Below the pieces are notes generated by a model. The model was not told where the DNA came from. It worked only from the letters and a program-made list of their open reading frames with translations, and searched no databases. A stretch of DNA of 58,579 nucleotides, the filler included, from Basidioascus undulatus (lineage: Eukaryota), in the NCBI GenBank assembly GCA_000826855.1. It is 4 parts of 4 records of this genome, joined end to end, with 100 filler letters (N's around TTAATTAATTAA, not from the genome) between each part and the next. Parts side by side here need not be neighbours in the genome. Positions count along the whole stretch, not along the records: positions 1 to 14,581 come from JTLS01000714.1; 3 more parts are not named here. One strand, written 5' to 3'. The position numbers and the translations under genes are program-made. Below, one piece after another: positions 1 through 12,824 of this stretch. Every line of letters begins with the position of its first letter. Position 1 is the stretch's first letter.

Positions 1-993
1 GGGGGGGAAGGTGGCAGTCACTCAGAAACGTACTGGTTGATCCAGATCTTGCGGGCTTCGCCTGGAAGGAAAGAAAAGATATGCTGGAGCTTCGCCTGCG
101 TGAGCTCGGACCGCGGCACGCCCTGAATCATCCAACTGTCAGCATACAGAGAAAAATTCGTTAGACAAGCAAGAACGCACCGTGATGAGGACAGTATTTG
201 CCTGCGCCGAGAGCGAGTGGTCCTTGTCGATGAGGAATCGCTGGCGGGCGTGGACGAAGTAGGTCATCTCGACTTTGATGTTGTATAGAATCCAGACTGG
301 GACAAAAGACGCTGCATCATCAACAACAGATCACAACCCTTTGCTTTGGACCCATATCCCAGCTGCCCAGCTTCATCTCCCAGATGCGCCCCCCCCCACC
401 CCCCGCCCATCACATGAACAGCCCGGGATCGCGCAACTCACAGGTGAAGATCCATGCGCAAAGCAAGTGTGCGGCGTAGCGAGGGTATGCAGCGTTGGTA
501 TCAACGTTGCCGTACGTGAAGATGTTGAGGCCCTTCTGGCCTGCGGTCGGCTGGACTGCGTCGACGGGCATGAGGACGACCCAGGAGAGGAACCAGATCG
601 GCGCGAGGATCTTGACGCAGAGGCGGAGGAAACGGAGGAACATGAACGAATCGAGCCCGTTCTTGCGCACTACGTGTGCTAACGGCGTTCGCAAGATCGC
701 TAGAGGCCATGTAAAGTAATCTCGAGGAAGGGGCGCCTGGCGAAGTCTGCAAAACGAACATCCCTGTGAGGCCCCAAGACGAAGCGAGCAGAAATCGGAG
801 CCTGGACAAGCGTGTATACGCACTTTGGAGGAGGGAGGAAGGTCCGGGGCTCGTAGATCTTGCGGAATTGGGGCCGCAGGATGACGAAGGCGAAGACTTG
901 AGCGCCGAAGACGGCTGCGTTGATCACGATCGCGGTCGTGAACGACTCGGTCGTCGCCGACTGCGCGCTCTCTGCTGAAGCTTTGTTGGACAT
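1..993 (-). CDS. CSC1/OSCA/TMEM63-family (RSN1-like) cation channel, 5' exons; runs off the contig end
   Basis: MSNKASAES...FTTAIVINAAVFGAQVFAFVILRPQFRKIYEPRTFLPP; later exon KNGLDSFMFLRFLRLCVKILAPIWFLSWVVLMPV...YAAHLLCAWIFT; further exon RTVLIT; GT-AG introns. Confidence 0.9.
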
Positions 994-1083
994 CTGGCCG
1001 ACGTCGATCCTCTAGGCCTCTGAGAGCGAGCTGGTGCTGGGCGAGCAGAGAGTCGACTAGCCTGCTCGTGGAGCGTCTGTGGT

Positions 1084-1134
1084 CGAAGGGGCGAAGGGGC
1101 GAAGGGGCGAATGGGGGGGCGAAGGGGTGAAGGG
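1084..1134 (+). repeat. Short tandem repeat (CGAAGGGG)x3 plus degenerate copies upstream of the CSC1-like ATG
   Basis: cgaaggggcgaaggggcgaaggggcgaat...cgaaggggtgaaggg read directly. Confidence 0.75.
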
Positions 1135-2193
1135 CGAGCGGGAAGTCTCCGCACGCACGTGCTCTCGCTGAGCTTGTTGGGAGTGTTGACGGAAGCGAGG
1201 GTGATCGTCGTTCGTAAAGAAGGAGGGCACGAATTATCAGAAAAAACGAGTGTAGTTTGGTGGTATGGAGTTGAAGACGTTGTGGCTGATGGCAAGACAG
1301 GTCTGAGAGAGAAACTGGAGCGAAGTTACGCGCGGGGCGCGACGTTTCATTCATTTCTTGGTTTTCAGGGTCGACGCGGCAAGCATCGACGTCGTTATCC
1401 GCGGGAATCAACGTCGTTGTCGTTGTCAGTTGTTACAGTAGTACTGTAGCTGGTTGTTTCGGGAGCACCAAGGAGCACGCTTCAATTGAGGAGATCATGG
1501 TGGTTTAGCAAGCATCGGCAGGAAGACGTTGAACACCGCAGAGGATACTTTCGGTCGAGCCGGCCACGACACCATACGGAATTCAGACGGTCAAGATGGG
1601 TAGCTTCAAGCTATGACTAAAAGTAACAATCCACGCCACTTCAAGGACCTTCGGCCCTCGCAGACAGCTCCACCAGTTCATGAAGACTACACACCCCACT
1701 CTCCGGTTTTCAACCATCCGAAGGAGTCCTTCGACCAGCCCAACAGCGCATCCTACCTAAACTGCGACAGCACGAGCTCGGCTTGTGTTCGCGGCTGTCC
1801 GGGTTCGAGCAGTGGCAGTGCAGGCGACCCGAAAGATCAGAGGGAGCGCACAGCCGTTCCGCGATCGTGGACGGCTTCCAAGGCTTGCCAACGATGGAAG
1901 GAAGGGAAAAACAAACGAGAGCTGCTGCTACGAAAGAAAGAGAGGGTACCAGCGCTCTGAAAGCCGCGGCTTACCCGGACGACGCGGGCATTTCGATCGA
2001 TTTGCCGGACTTATAGGTAAGATCACCCGAGAAAGACGACTGGCGCGAGTAAGATCTAGCGATGGCGAGTACGAAGACTAAGTCCCTTAGTGTCCATTTG
2101 CCCATGCGACGAGCGAGAGCAAATCATGAATTGTCGGCGCAGTGTTCGAGTGCAAGAAAGCAAGCAGGCCCTGTCAAGCTAGTGTCTATCTAC

Positions 2194-3449
2194 TTAGTCT
2201 GTTTGCCACACGCCAAGTCAGTGTCTCCCCAACTCCGCCTTTCCAACCCGTTCCGAACGTACAGTGCATGATATGGCTCGGGCACTCGTAGCCACTCGGG
2301 TTGTTCTCCAGATAACTTGATATCCCGCCTTTTCAGCTTCAGGTTCGAGCTAAGAAGACGGCGGAAGCTAGACGCACCGCTGGTGGTAGTCCTCTGCCTT
2401 CCACCACTTGAACTTGCCTGGCTCCTCGATGCGCGTGACGATCTTCTCCCCGCGCGGCGTGAACCGCTTCTCCTGCAACTCAACGGTGATACGCTCGGCG
2501 GTCGACTTTTGCTCGGGCGTGGAGGGGAACAGGGCGGAGCGGTACTGGGTGCCGACGTCGCTGTGAGGCAAGTGGCAGGAAAGGTCAGCTTGCTGCTTTC
2601 GATTTAAGGCAACAGGGAAAAGGTCCACTACTCACGGCCCCTGCCGGTCCACAGTGGTTGGGTCATGCGTCCTGCACCTCTCCCGCGTCCGTCAGCCGCT
2701 TCACCCAACCAGCAGAGCACGCTGATTCGCTGGGCTTGGACGCACCGGTAGAAAAAGTCGACCAACTCTTCGTAGCTGACCCCGCGAGCATCCCACTCGA
2801 GCTTGAGCGCCTCTGCGTGTCCCGTGCACCCCGTGCAAACAGCACGGTACGACGGGTCCTTGCCCACCGTCTTGTCGTCGCCGCCGATGAATCCGACTTC
2901 GGCAGAGCGAACGTGGGGTCCGTAGTATTGCCTGGCCGTCGGATACGATTATCAACACAAAAAAAACATATCCAGACTTCAGTACGCCTTGAAGGTTTAC
3001 CGGAACAGCCTGGGACGCCGCATACGTGGTGTTCAGCACGAAACAAACTCCAGATCTGAAAAGACGGCTCTGTGCTCGTACGCCTCGGTCCCCCAGAAGC
3101 AGCTAAGGTAATCAGGTCGTTGCAGAAGCCCAGTTTTAAGTTTTAAGGCCAGTGCGGAAGCGAGAGGAAGGGGACCAGGTGGAGGAAGAGGGGAGGGGGA
3201 GGAGCCCGGAAGGGACAGGCGGTCAGCACGTTCGGAGCGAACTATTGAAGCAATGGCGTACCCGTTCGCAAATACACTCGATTCAACCTTCTCCCCTCCG
3301 GCCTGAGAAGCCTCGCGGTGCTTCTTGGCCTCGACAGCGCTGGGGGCGAAGGGCTCGGGCGGGGAGCGAAGAGCGTGAGATCCACCCATCTTGGAGACGC
3401 CGGAGAAGGTGAAGAATGCGCGATAGAGGGGTCGAAGGCGTGGGAGCAT
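2194..3449 (-). CDS. msrA: Peptide methionine sulfoxide reductase MsrA (multi-exon)
   Basis: Spliced FANG|CFWGTE catalytic motif; PSYRAVCTGCTGHAEAL, DVGTQYRSALF, WKAEDYHQ, YLENNPSGYECPSHIMHY*; probable 9-nt micro-exon at 3001-3009. Confidence 0.92.
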
Positions 3450-4474
3450 GCACGGGGTCAGTACGGCTGCAAGGAAGAGGAAGATGAGGTGGGCAGCGAT
3501 GGTGGTGGTGGCGAAAGGAATACGCATGAAGGAGGAAGCAGGCCTCGCAAGATCGCAGATCGCCCGTGACGCCATCGATGTGCTACTCGTGCGACGTCTC
3601 AACATCCCCCATTTTGGACATTAAAATTTCCATGTCATAATGATGGAGAAAAGGAGAGGAAACACTTCTGTAATTCGGTGAGGACGGTTTCAAGAGGCGA
3701 AAGAGCGAAACTGCGGGAGGTTGTTTGCAGACTCTCTGCTGCGTTGCGAAGTCGCTAGCCGGGAGGGACAGCAGCCCCGCCGCCACACGGCCACCATACC
3801 CGGGCCTTGCGACTGGCTTTCTTCACTCCTCTGATCTCACACTCTACTACGGCACTCAGTGGGTAACATTCAGAGCAGGCATAAGGCCGATGCTCCCTGA
3901 AATCGTCGGAATCGGCAGTGCAAGATGGACAAGGCCGTTTGGGGGGGCACGCGAGAGAAGTCTCATCCGCGTCTTCTACCCACCGTCACCGTCACCCGAG
4001 GTTCGAGGCAGGAGATAATGGCGACGCGCATTACTTGCCATGTTACACTCAATTTCACGGAAGACCTCATCCCGATCTTCTGCCACTCGCATTCGCACGC
4101 TGAGTCCATCGCTCGTCGCGTCCTCCGCGATCCCGCTCCTCTTTCGCCGCACTCGCGCAACTCGCGCTTCAATCACGATTCGTCAATATCACCACGTCTT
4201 GCTCAAGCACATTATCGATCAAGCCTGGCCCGGCGGCCACGTACTCACACTTGGCTGTCTGTTCCCTCAGGCAGGGTGAACGATGTGTTGTGGGGTTGGA
4301 GTGCGAGGGACAGCCATCTACCGGCCGGTTGCGCATAATCGATCGCGGTTCCACTCATTTCCCCCCGCCTGCTCGACGAAAATATCCAGCGGCTTTGCCT
4401 CCCTAGTCACATCGAATGCCCGACAGTCTCCACTATCGAGTTAATCGCCGCACCCTCTCACTTTCTTACGCAAG

Positions 4475-5230
4475 ATTCGCTATGTACTCGCCCTTGAATC
4501 ACCGGTGACGACGTCACTGTTCCTCGGATGGTCACCCGCCCAACCGAAACAACGAGCTCACTATCGTCGGGCAAGCACTCACGGCCGAGGCGCGCGCACG
4601 GCCCGCCCGCCGCCCATCCGCGCTCGCTCGCTCCTGCTCCACCGCCATTCTCGCATATCGCACCATCATTTCCAGTACTGCTGCTTATTCATCTTTCATC
4701 GAAGGTCTCTTTCATGCTATGTCATTCTCCCATCAGACACGGGCCGCCGCAGCCAGAGGCGGTGCCGTTCATATCCAAACTGACCACCGCCGCGCTCTGC
4801 ATCCGCGCACGCCCCGACCCCAGTCTGGCATGCTCACTGAATCTTCCTCGACTCCGCGTCCTCGCGCTTCGTTCCTCGATGCGGATGTGCGCTGTCTCAC
4901 TCTTCCGGTCTGCGCCCTTAAGTGGCGGAGGGGGAGGGAATAAATGGGTGATCTTCTCGCGGAAGGGAGGTTGTTCCCCATCCCGCTCCTGCTTCTCTGC
5001 CGTCGCGCATTCACTCCCACTCATCTTACCTTCCCCACACCCACACCCACACACTTCCTCAACATGGCCGCTACCACCCCCGCCGGCCTCGTCGCTGTCA
5101 CGCCGCGAGCTCGTCCTCGCTGTCAAGGAGTCCGCCCGGACCGCCGCCTTGGTCAAGGACCAGCGTGCGCTGCTCGCGCTCGAGCGTGCCGAGCGCCGGG
5201 TCTTTCGCAAGCAAAGCTGCTACCCCCGCG
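4475..5230 (+). repeat. Dispersed repeat copy A (homologous to 12825-13490 on the opposite strand) containing a frameshifted small ORF
   Basis: Collinear nucleotide blocks shared with copy B, e.g. CAACCGA.ACA.CGAGCTCACT, TCGAAGGTCTCT, GCGGATGTGCGCTGTCT, GGTCAAGGACCAGCGTGCGCTGCTCGCGCTCGA. Confidence 0.9.
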
Positions 5231-5708
5231 TCCTCGTCTCGCCCAACGCTGCCCGTTCGGTGCCTCTGCCTTACTTACTCATACGGTGGATTCTCGTGCA
5301 CGGCTCTGACACGCCCCCCATCCCACTCAGCTTTCGCCTTCCGCCTCCTCATCGTTCACCACCACCGCCACCCTTTTCTCTCGCCCGTCCACCTCTGTGA
5401 AATACCAAGTGCGAGTCCTCAGTCAACGTGAAGGCGTGTGTCTCTGCATCCAGGCCGCACTCATGCGCGCATAATCTGCCCTTCCGTCGCAAAATGCACA
5501 TTGTAACGTTGTCACTGAGCAGTGATGGAGGGGACCTGGCGAGCTTTGGCGATCTCGCAATGCCTTCAGGCGAGCAAGCGCATAGTGCACTCGATGGTCA
5601 CATGCATGGCAGGGTGTCAGCAGGCCCTACGCTCTCCTCGCCCTCACCTCGCCTTGTCATAGTCCCTATTCTTCTCGTAGGAAAATTGCATCTGCTCCGG
5701 CATGCTCA

Positions 5709-8700
5709 TCAGTCAGTCATCTCCTAGGGCAGATCAGGGAAGCAGCTTCTAGAGAGGCTCACCCACGGCACGTCGCCGCTCGCGTACTTGGCGGGCGGGC
5801 GCTGGAAGGGCGCGAGCGTCGTCGCCTCCGCCTCGGCCCATTCCGTGCCGGCCGGCAGGGGCATGACGATCCCGAGCTCGAAGTTCGCCATCTGAGGAAG
5901 CGCCATCCGAATGGTGAGAGGGAGGGCAGACTTCACAAGCGTTGGAAAGAACGCAGAGACGCACACTGAGCTTCACGCCTCCTCCTGCCTGTCGTCCCAG
6001 TCTTCCCCTGCGCACACCACAAGGAAAAGGTCCTGCCAGCTGCTCTCCGGACTGGGATGGGCCGAACGTACCATGCCGCCGGCGTAAAGTTGTGGCTCCC
6101 TGTGCCCCCGAATGCCCCAAAGCAATCAGCGCCCCCGCCACACACACGCACGCAATGTCTGCCGAACGTACCGAGATAAAGCCACCCGCCCGGCTTGCTC
6201 CTCCTCATGCGCCCACTTCCGAGCGTCCTCCCTCCCCCTTTCGCTCCCTCCCCCGCCGCATCCTCATCATCGCTCTCCGTCTCGCTCCCGTCGCCCTCGT
6301 CCTCGCTGGCCGTCCACGCGACCTTCTCCGACGTCGACCGCTCCGCGGCGCCCTTCTTCCCGTCCTCGCGGCCCTTGCCGTTCGTTACCGCCACCGGAGA
6401 GGAGGAGGAGGGCGGCGAGGCGGAGGGGCGAAGGATGCCGATGATCATTTTTGTGTGCATGAAGAGACCCGCGCGCTTGGACGGGTTCTTGCGGAACGCG
6501 TGCCGTGGGAACTCGGGGCCTGTCCACTTCTTCATGCTGCTCCCGTCGCCGGACTCGTGAGCTTCGGGAGCCGGCAGAAAGGGCTGAAACGACGCACTCG
6601 CAGAACATCGTACCCCCGCCCTGCGCAGGCCATCCGGTCAGTACTCTACTCTCGAAGCATTGAAAGCCCAACAACACGCACGTCCGGCCCGGCCCTGCAG
6701 CCCAGTGTCTCGCACCCAATCAGCCCGTATATCCACAGCAAACGGCCGCTGCAAACGCACAGGTTTGACTGGGCCATGCCCAACGTGGGGAAGAGGATGG
6801 CGATGGGCGGCCACTCGTCGCCCGGGGGCGTCTCTGTCGCCGCCGCAGCGGCTTTTCCTTTGCCCTTGCCCTTGCCGGCAGCGGGCATCTTCACGATCTT
6901 CTTCTTGGGCGCAGGCTTCCAGTCGGCCGTGGGCAGGACGCCCGAGGCGGAGTCGTAGAACTGTTTCTCGGGTATCAGCTGCTCCGATAGTGCGGTTCAA
7001 CCGAGGTACCAAAAAGCGCACCTCTTTCCCCCACGCAATCGTGTACGCGCCGACCGACGAGCCCTACAGCGCGCCGCATCAGCCAGGGGGTCCCACGACG
7101 AACCGAGCAGAGGAACAAGCGAGCGCACCTGGCACTCTAGCTCGACCCTGCTGCCCTTCCTCACCTCGCACCCGAGCTCGCGCAGCGCCGCGCCGAGCCG
7201 CGGATGCCCCCACTGCCTGACCTCATCCACCCCGACGACGGACTCGCTCACGCTCGCGACGAGTTTGACGCGCGCTTTGCTGAAGTCGTACTTGGAGAGG
7301 TCGGCGAGGGAGCGGATCGGTAAGGGGTTGTTGGGGAAGAGGCGCGGGAGGGCGGAGAGCGTCCTGCGGTGCGAGAGGGCGTTAGTGGGGCTGGGCAAGG
7401 GATTGAAGGGGGATTCGGAGATGGAGACGGACTTGGGGATGTGCAGCTTGGTGAGGAGGGCAGCCCACGAGGACTGGAAGGAGGTCGTGCTCGGAGGAGG
7501 GCCGGAGGACGGGGGGTGCAGGGGAAAATCTTGGATCCAGACGGTCTGGGAGCAAGCGTTGGTCGTGAGATTGGCGCCTGAGAAGAATTGGAAAGAATGC
7601 AAACCGCACATTTTCAACTTGGTCCCAGTCGTAGTGGATGAGATTGGCGGTGCAGACGATGACGCGGAGGTAGCCGTCCGAGGTGAAGACCTGCGTGGGC
7701 AGAGTTCAGCGTGGTTTGAACGGAGCGGAAGGGTAGTGTCCGACTCACGAGGGCGAACTGCGGTGGAATGTGAGATATGTCAGATTGTTCTTGGGTGAAC
7801 GAATAACGGCGGTAGAGGGCGAACCTTGATGTGGTAGCAGCCGGCTGGGATACGGACTCGCCGTTAAGCACTGGCGCTGCGACAAAGCAGAAGAGCCTAA
7901 ACCATCACTCACAGGCGTACACGTTCACGTTGATCCAGTTCCTACAGCCGCGCCCTCGTCAGCACGGTCTACAGCTGCCTCCATAATCGTACGCACAGTA
8001 AGCCTGCGACGGCGTGCGGGCCCGTAATGGTGCTCTGCAACGGGCGGTCAGTGTCGACGCGACAGAACTCGGGTGCTTCACGGGAATACCGCACCTCCTT
8101 GTGTCTCTGCTGGCAGCAGACGACGATGGTGCTCTTGTCAAAGTGGGAGTCGAGCCACTCGACGTCCTTTACGAAGCTGCTGAGGATGACGAGCTGGATC
8201 TTGTCCCTCTGCGGCCGGCTCTCCTCATGATCAGCACGGCGTCTCGCACTCGATCGAGCTCAGCAGAAACGCACCGGCCCGAGAGCATCGGCAAATTTGA
8301 TACCCTTTTCATCACGGGCGAGGGTGTTGTAGGTCGAGTGCACCGCGCCGTGCAGGTACTTGACCGTACCCGGCCTCGGCGGTGCCCCAAGGCCGTGCAC
8401 CCTCCCTCCCAACCCCGACCCGGATCCCGAGGACGGGACGACGGTCCTCATCTTCTTGCGAGCTTCATCCGCCCCATCGTCTTCCTGAGTGAACCCCCTC
8501 TTCGCAGCCCTCTCTATCCTTTCGGCCTCCATCTTCCTGCGCTCCTCGAGCCAGGGCGGCCTGGACGAGGAGGACTCGCCGGCGATCGCGTGAGCGGCGT
8601 GATGAGCGATGGACGACTCTGCGCGGGACAGCTCAATGGCCTTTTGCATCTGGGCTTGGAAGTCGGCGTCTTCGTCGTCGGAGTTGGTGACGTCGATGGT

Positions 8701-8820
8701 GTCGTTTGAGGAGGGGCGGGCGGGGGCGGGGACAGGCGAGGGGCGCCTGGTGGATTCGGCGAGGGAGAGGGCGAGGGCGCGGGCGAGGTCGGGGTCGTCT
8801 GTGTCGGAGGATGGGGCCAT
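5709..8820 (-). CDS. TDP1: Tyrosyl-DNA phosphodiesterase 1 family (PLD superfamily) with two N-terminal ubiquitin-interacting motifs
   Basis: Two HxK motifs (GCYHIK at ~7825-7845; FMHTKMIIG), LRVIVCTANL, VWIQDFP, YDFSKARVKLVASVS, GWLYLG|SHNFTPAAW, NFELGIV; UIM-like DPDLARALALSLAES and DADFQAQMQKAIELSRAES; last exon boundary approximate. Confidence 0.9.
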
Positions 8821-9192
8821 GGTGGGCTGTGCGAACGGGAACTTGTATCCAAGAGCGTAAAGGTATTCTGCAGCCGCGATGGAAGGTCGGTCGGGCTGGA
8901 TTGCGAGGCTGGAAATGAGCGAACGAAGGCAAGGCCAGAAGAGCACGCGTCGTCGACGCGAACAAGTCCCAGCATTCAAGAGTTTCTGCCCACATTTGCA
9001 TCGCGCCGGGAACGCAAAGCTTTTTGATTTTTTTGATATTATTACTGTTCTATTTCACTCTCAGAAATCGCAGATAACAGGCGCAGGTAGATATCGCTTA
9101 GTCATAAAGTCACAACTGCGCCCCGACGCGCCCCCGCCGCGTCGGGGCTCGAGTTGTGACTGCCACCTGCACTCTCACCATCACCACCGACC

Positions 9193-11873
9193 ATGTCTCG
9201 CCCTCCAACCCGCCCCCCAGCCCGAACAGGGCCCCGCGCTCCTCCCGCCGCGCCGCCAGGCCCGGGGTCGCAGGCATCCATCACCGGCCGCTCCCTCCGC
9301 CGCCCGACGACCTTCTACGGCACCGACGATGCCCCGCCCGTACAGCGCCGCCCGTCTGCCGCACTCGGCAAGCCTTCTACCTCCGCAGGGGACAAGAAGC
9401 GCAAGAGCCGCGTTGGCGAGAAAATCAAGAAGCGCTTCTCCATGCGCTACCAGGACCCCATGCCCAACGCCGAGCCCGTGCCCGCCGTGCCGTCCCTCCC
9501 CGTGGGCGGGATCATGCCGCATGGGGGGCTGCTTATGCCCACTAGTGACGAGGAGAACGCGCCGGGAGGCATGGCGGGTGTGGGGCTCGGAAGGGCGAGG
9601 GCGGAGGACGAGGGCATCCGGGATGAGGCGAGGCTGGTGGATATTGCTTGGCTTGGGCAGGAGGACTTTGACCCATCCGAATGTGCGCATGCTTCACTCC
9701 TACCTGTGCCATCCGGGGAATCACCCAACTGAACTGGGAGGCCGTCATATACAGACCTCAAAGCCAAGATCTCCTCCGCATCGACCCCTGCTCAGATTGC
9801 CGCTTTCCGCTCTGCACTGCAGGCGTCTAAGTCTGCCACGACTGGCGACCTCGAGAAAAGCGTGTTCAAGAAGTGCGTATTGCACCCCCACCCGACTTCG
9901 GGCGCCCGATGTTGATGGCATTCCTCCTGCAGCTACCCCGACTTCGTCCTCATTTCCAAAGAGATCGGCACGCTCGAGAACGACATGCTCGAGCTGCGCG
10001 AGCTCCTGCAAGAATGGCGTGGCTTGCCCGAGGCGTTTGGCCTGGACGACAGCAGCGGTGGTGAGTATCTGCCCGAACCTCTACTTCTCGTTCAGTCTAT
10101 GTCTGACATCCGCCCCGCAGCGCTCGACCGCCGCCGCGCGAATCGCTCATCCGTGGCAGACCTCGCGCTGCTCTACCGCACGCAGCTCGCGACGCTGCAC
10201 AGCACGGTCGAGGGCTCGCTCAAGCACGCGCCGCACCTCCCCGGGCGGCACATCATCACGACCGCGTCGTCGTTCGTAGAGCTCAACGCCGCGACGTACA
10301 AGGTCGCCCAGGCCGTCGAGGTCATCCTCCTCGACGACCTCCTGCTCATGGCCAGCAAGCGTCGGCGCCAGGCCGGCGGGAAGGAGCGCCTCATCGCCGA
10401 ACGTTCGTGGCCTCTGACGGAGATCATCGTGATCGACATCAAGGACAGCGGCGGTGCGCAATTCGGCAATGCTGCTCGGGGTGCTCGCTTGCTCATGATG
10501 TGGGGGGAGCAACTCAGACTTGACGAATGCCATCAAGATCAAGCACCAGAAGCAGACGTTCGTCTATCGGACTGATAAGCCCGAACAGAAGAAGGAGCTT
10601 CTGGCCGCGTTCAAGAAGGTCGCCGAGGACCTGCAGTCCAAGAAGCGCGCGCAGGGTGTCGCCGAGGCGGAGGCGCGCAAGTCGATGGCGGTGAGTACTT
10701 ATCAAACTCTGCGACACCCTCATGCAGCGAGCGTCCCGCCGAACGCCCCCCCCCTGCAGCCTGGCTCTTTCCCTTCCTCCCTCTCGTCCTTCGCCGACGC
10801 ACCTCCGCTCCCGTCCGCCAACCTTCGCAACGACAAGGCGGGAAAGAACAGCCGCTGGATCGGCGACTTCGCGGACGACCTCGCTGTGGCCGTCGCCCTG
10901 CGCGAGTTCGATGATGCGGTAGCAAAGATCGAGCGCGGTGCGTTTCCCATCCAGCAGTGCCCCATGCCCCTTCCCAGCTCTCATTCTGACGCCCCCACAA
11001 AACACCACAGGCAAGACCCTCCTCTCCTCCCTGACGGAAGACCCCGCCGCCGCCTCCTCCCTCCGCGCGCACATCGCGCACCACACGTCGACGCTCGTGC
11101 GCTCGCTCACGCACGAGATCTCGAACCCGCAAGTGAAGAAGAGCACGCTCGTGCGCGTCGCGGCGCTGCTCCTGCGGCTCGGGCAGGCGGACGCCGCGCG
11201 CGACATCTTCCTCGGCGCGCGCGCCGAGCTCATCCGCCGCCGCGCGCGCCAGATCAAGTTCGAGGGCGACATTGCGCTGTATGTCGCGGAGTTTGCCCTC
11301 GTCACCTTTACGATCATTAGAAACTCGAGCGACTGGTACTTGGCGGCTTTTAAGGACAACAATATGATTTCGGGTAGGTTCCTATCCATTCTCCTGACAA
11401 GTGCAAGAACTTACCAACAGGAGTTTATTTGCGGCTCGCTCAGGCTTCGTGCAGTGGGCGAAGGAACAGATCAAGGCGTTCGCGTCTATGTTCCGCCGCC
11501 AAGTCTACGGGTCCGACATCGACCAGCGCGTAGTAGACGAGTCCCTCGAAGCCACGCGCGGCCAAGCCAAGAAGGTGCGTTGCGCTTAAGCAACCTCCAC
11601 CATCCCGCCAACTCACCCCGCAATCTCGTATTATTCCAGCTCCTCGCCGATGTCGGCCTCGACTTCTCCTTCCTCTTCGACACCGAGCTGTCCACGCCCT
11701 CCCCCGCGCCCGACTCCGCGGTGGCACGAGGCTGTACGCCCCCCGTCCGCTCCCCCGTCCTCTCGTCGCCGCCGCTCGCTCTCGACGCGGCGGCGCCCGT
11801 GACGGAGGGCTCGACACCCCCGCTCCGCCCCGGGCGGTCGAACAGGAGAGCACCTGTGTCGAGCACAGAGTGA
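9193..11873 (+). CDS. EXO84: Exocyst complex component Exo84 (multi-exon)
   Basis: KIKKRFSMRY, EDFDPSE|Y, SVFK|NYPDFVLISKEIGTLENDMLELRELLQEW, PH-like EVILLDDLLLMA, LLRLGQADAARDIFLGAR, IKFEGDIALYV, FVQWAKEQI, VGLDFSFL. Confidence 0.92.
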
Positions 11874-12824
11874 TTGATGTTGATACTTGGCGCATGAGCA
11901 TTTGTTTGTTTGATTTGATCTGCGCGCTGTGACGCGGTGTTGGTTTCGAGTGTCTGAAGAGGGGGCAATTGCGGCGAAAAATCAGATCCCGCAGCAGCTT
12001 TATAATTCGACGTGAATTGATCTTGCGCTCAGCCCAGTCTCAGAACAGTGGTTGTTTGCTCCGCCGATGAGAATGCACGAGACCGCATGCACGTTTTTAC
12101 GGACAGCGCGATGGTGGTCAGGTCCGATAATCATACCGGAACAGACCGTGTCGGCTTAGTTAGTTTTTCAACAATCTCTACTCCGGCTTTGTTTTTGGCT
12201 CGGCAATGGGAATGTCCAGCGCAACATTTTTCGGCAAGGCAGAAAGATAGAGAGCACGAAATTGGCACAATCAGACAGCTGCCATGATTGCGGAGAACCG
12301 AGATTATGGAGATGCCGGGGAAGGAGTTGAATGTATGAAAAAGGCATTAAGAGCGAAGAGAACAATGCTGTTTGTTGAAGGGAGACAGGGACACTCTTGA
12401 TTTCCACGTTGAGAGGGTCACCCGCATGCAGCGTTTGTCAGGTTTCCCCCATTGCTCGACCCCTCGTTGTCCGTGATCACCCACTGGTGGGAGTGGAGCC
12501 GCGACGAGACACGCCCGATGAAGGTCGGGTGGTACGACTCGGAGCTGCGGGAGAGCGCGTCGTCCTCCTCCTTGGGGGAGAGGAAGGCCGCGGGGGCGGA
12601 GAAGAAGGTGATGCTGGTGGGGGTGGCGGGCGCGGAGGAGAGGGTGGAAGGGCGCGAGGAGAGGGTGTTGGTGGTGGCGAAAGAGGAGAAGGAGGTGGAG
12701 GGGGAGAGCGCTGAGTCGGGATAGCGGGCATGTACAGTGTCATGCTCGACAATCGAGGGTGCATGTAAACAAGGGCAAACACACTGAGCGCTCAGCCTTG
12801 ACTGACTTGGAGGCAACAGCGCGC

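Noticed and set aside
8879..10279. 466-aa ORF and similar long Arg/Pro-rich ORFs in the track
   Set aside because: Alternate-frame or antisense shadows of GC-rich exons of real genes (here EXO84)
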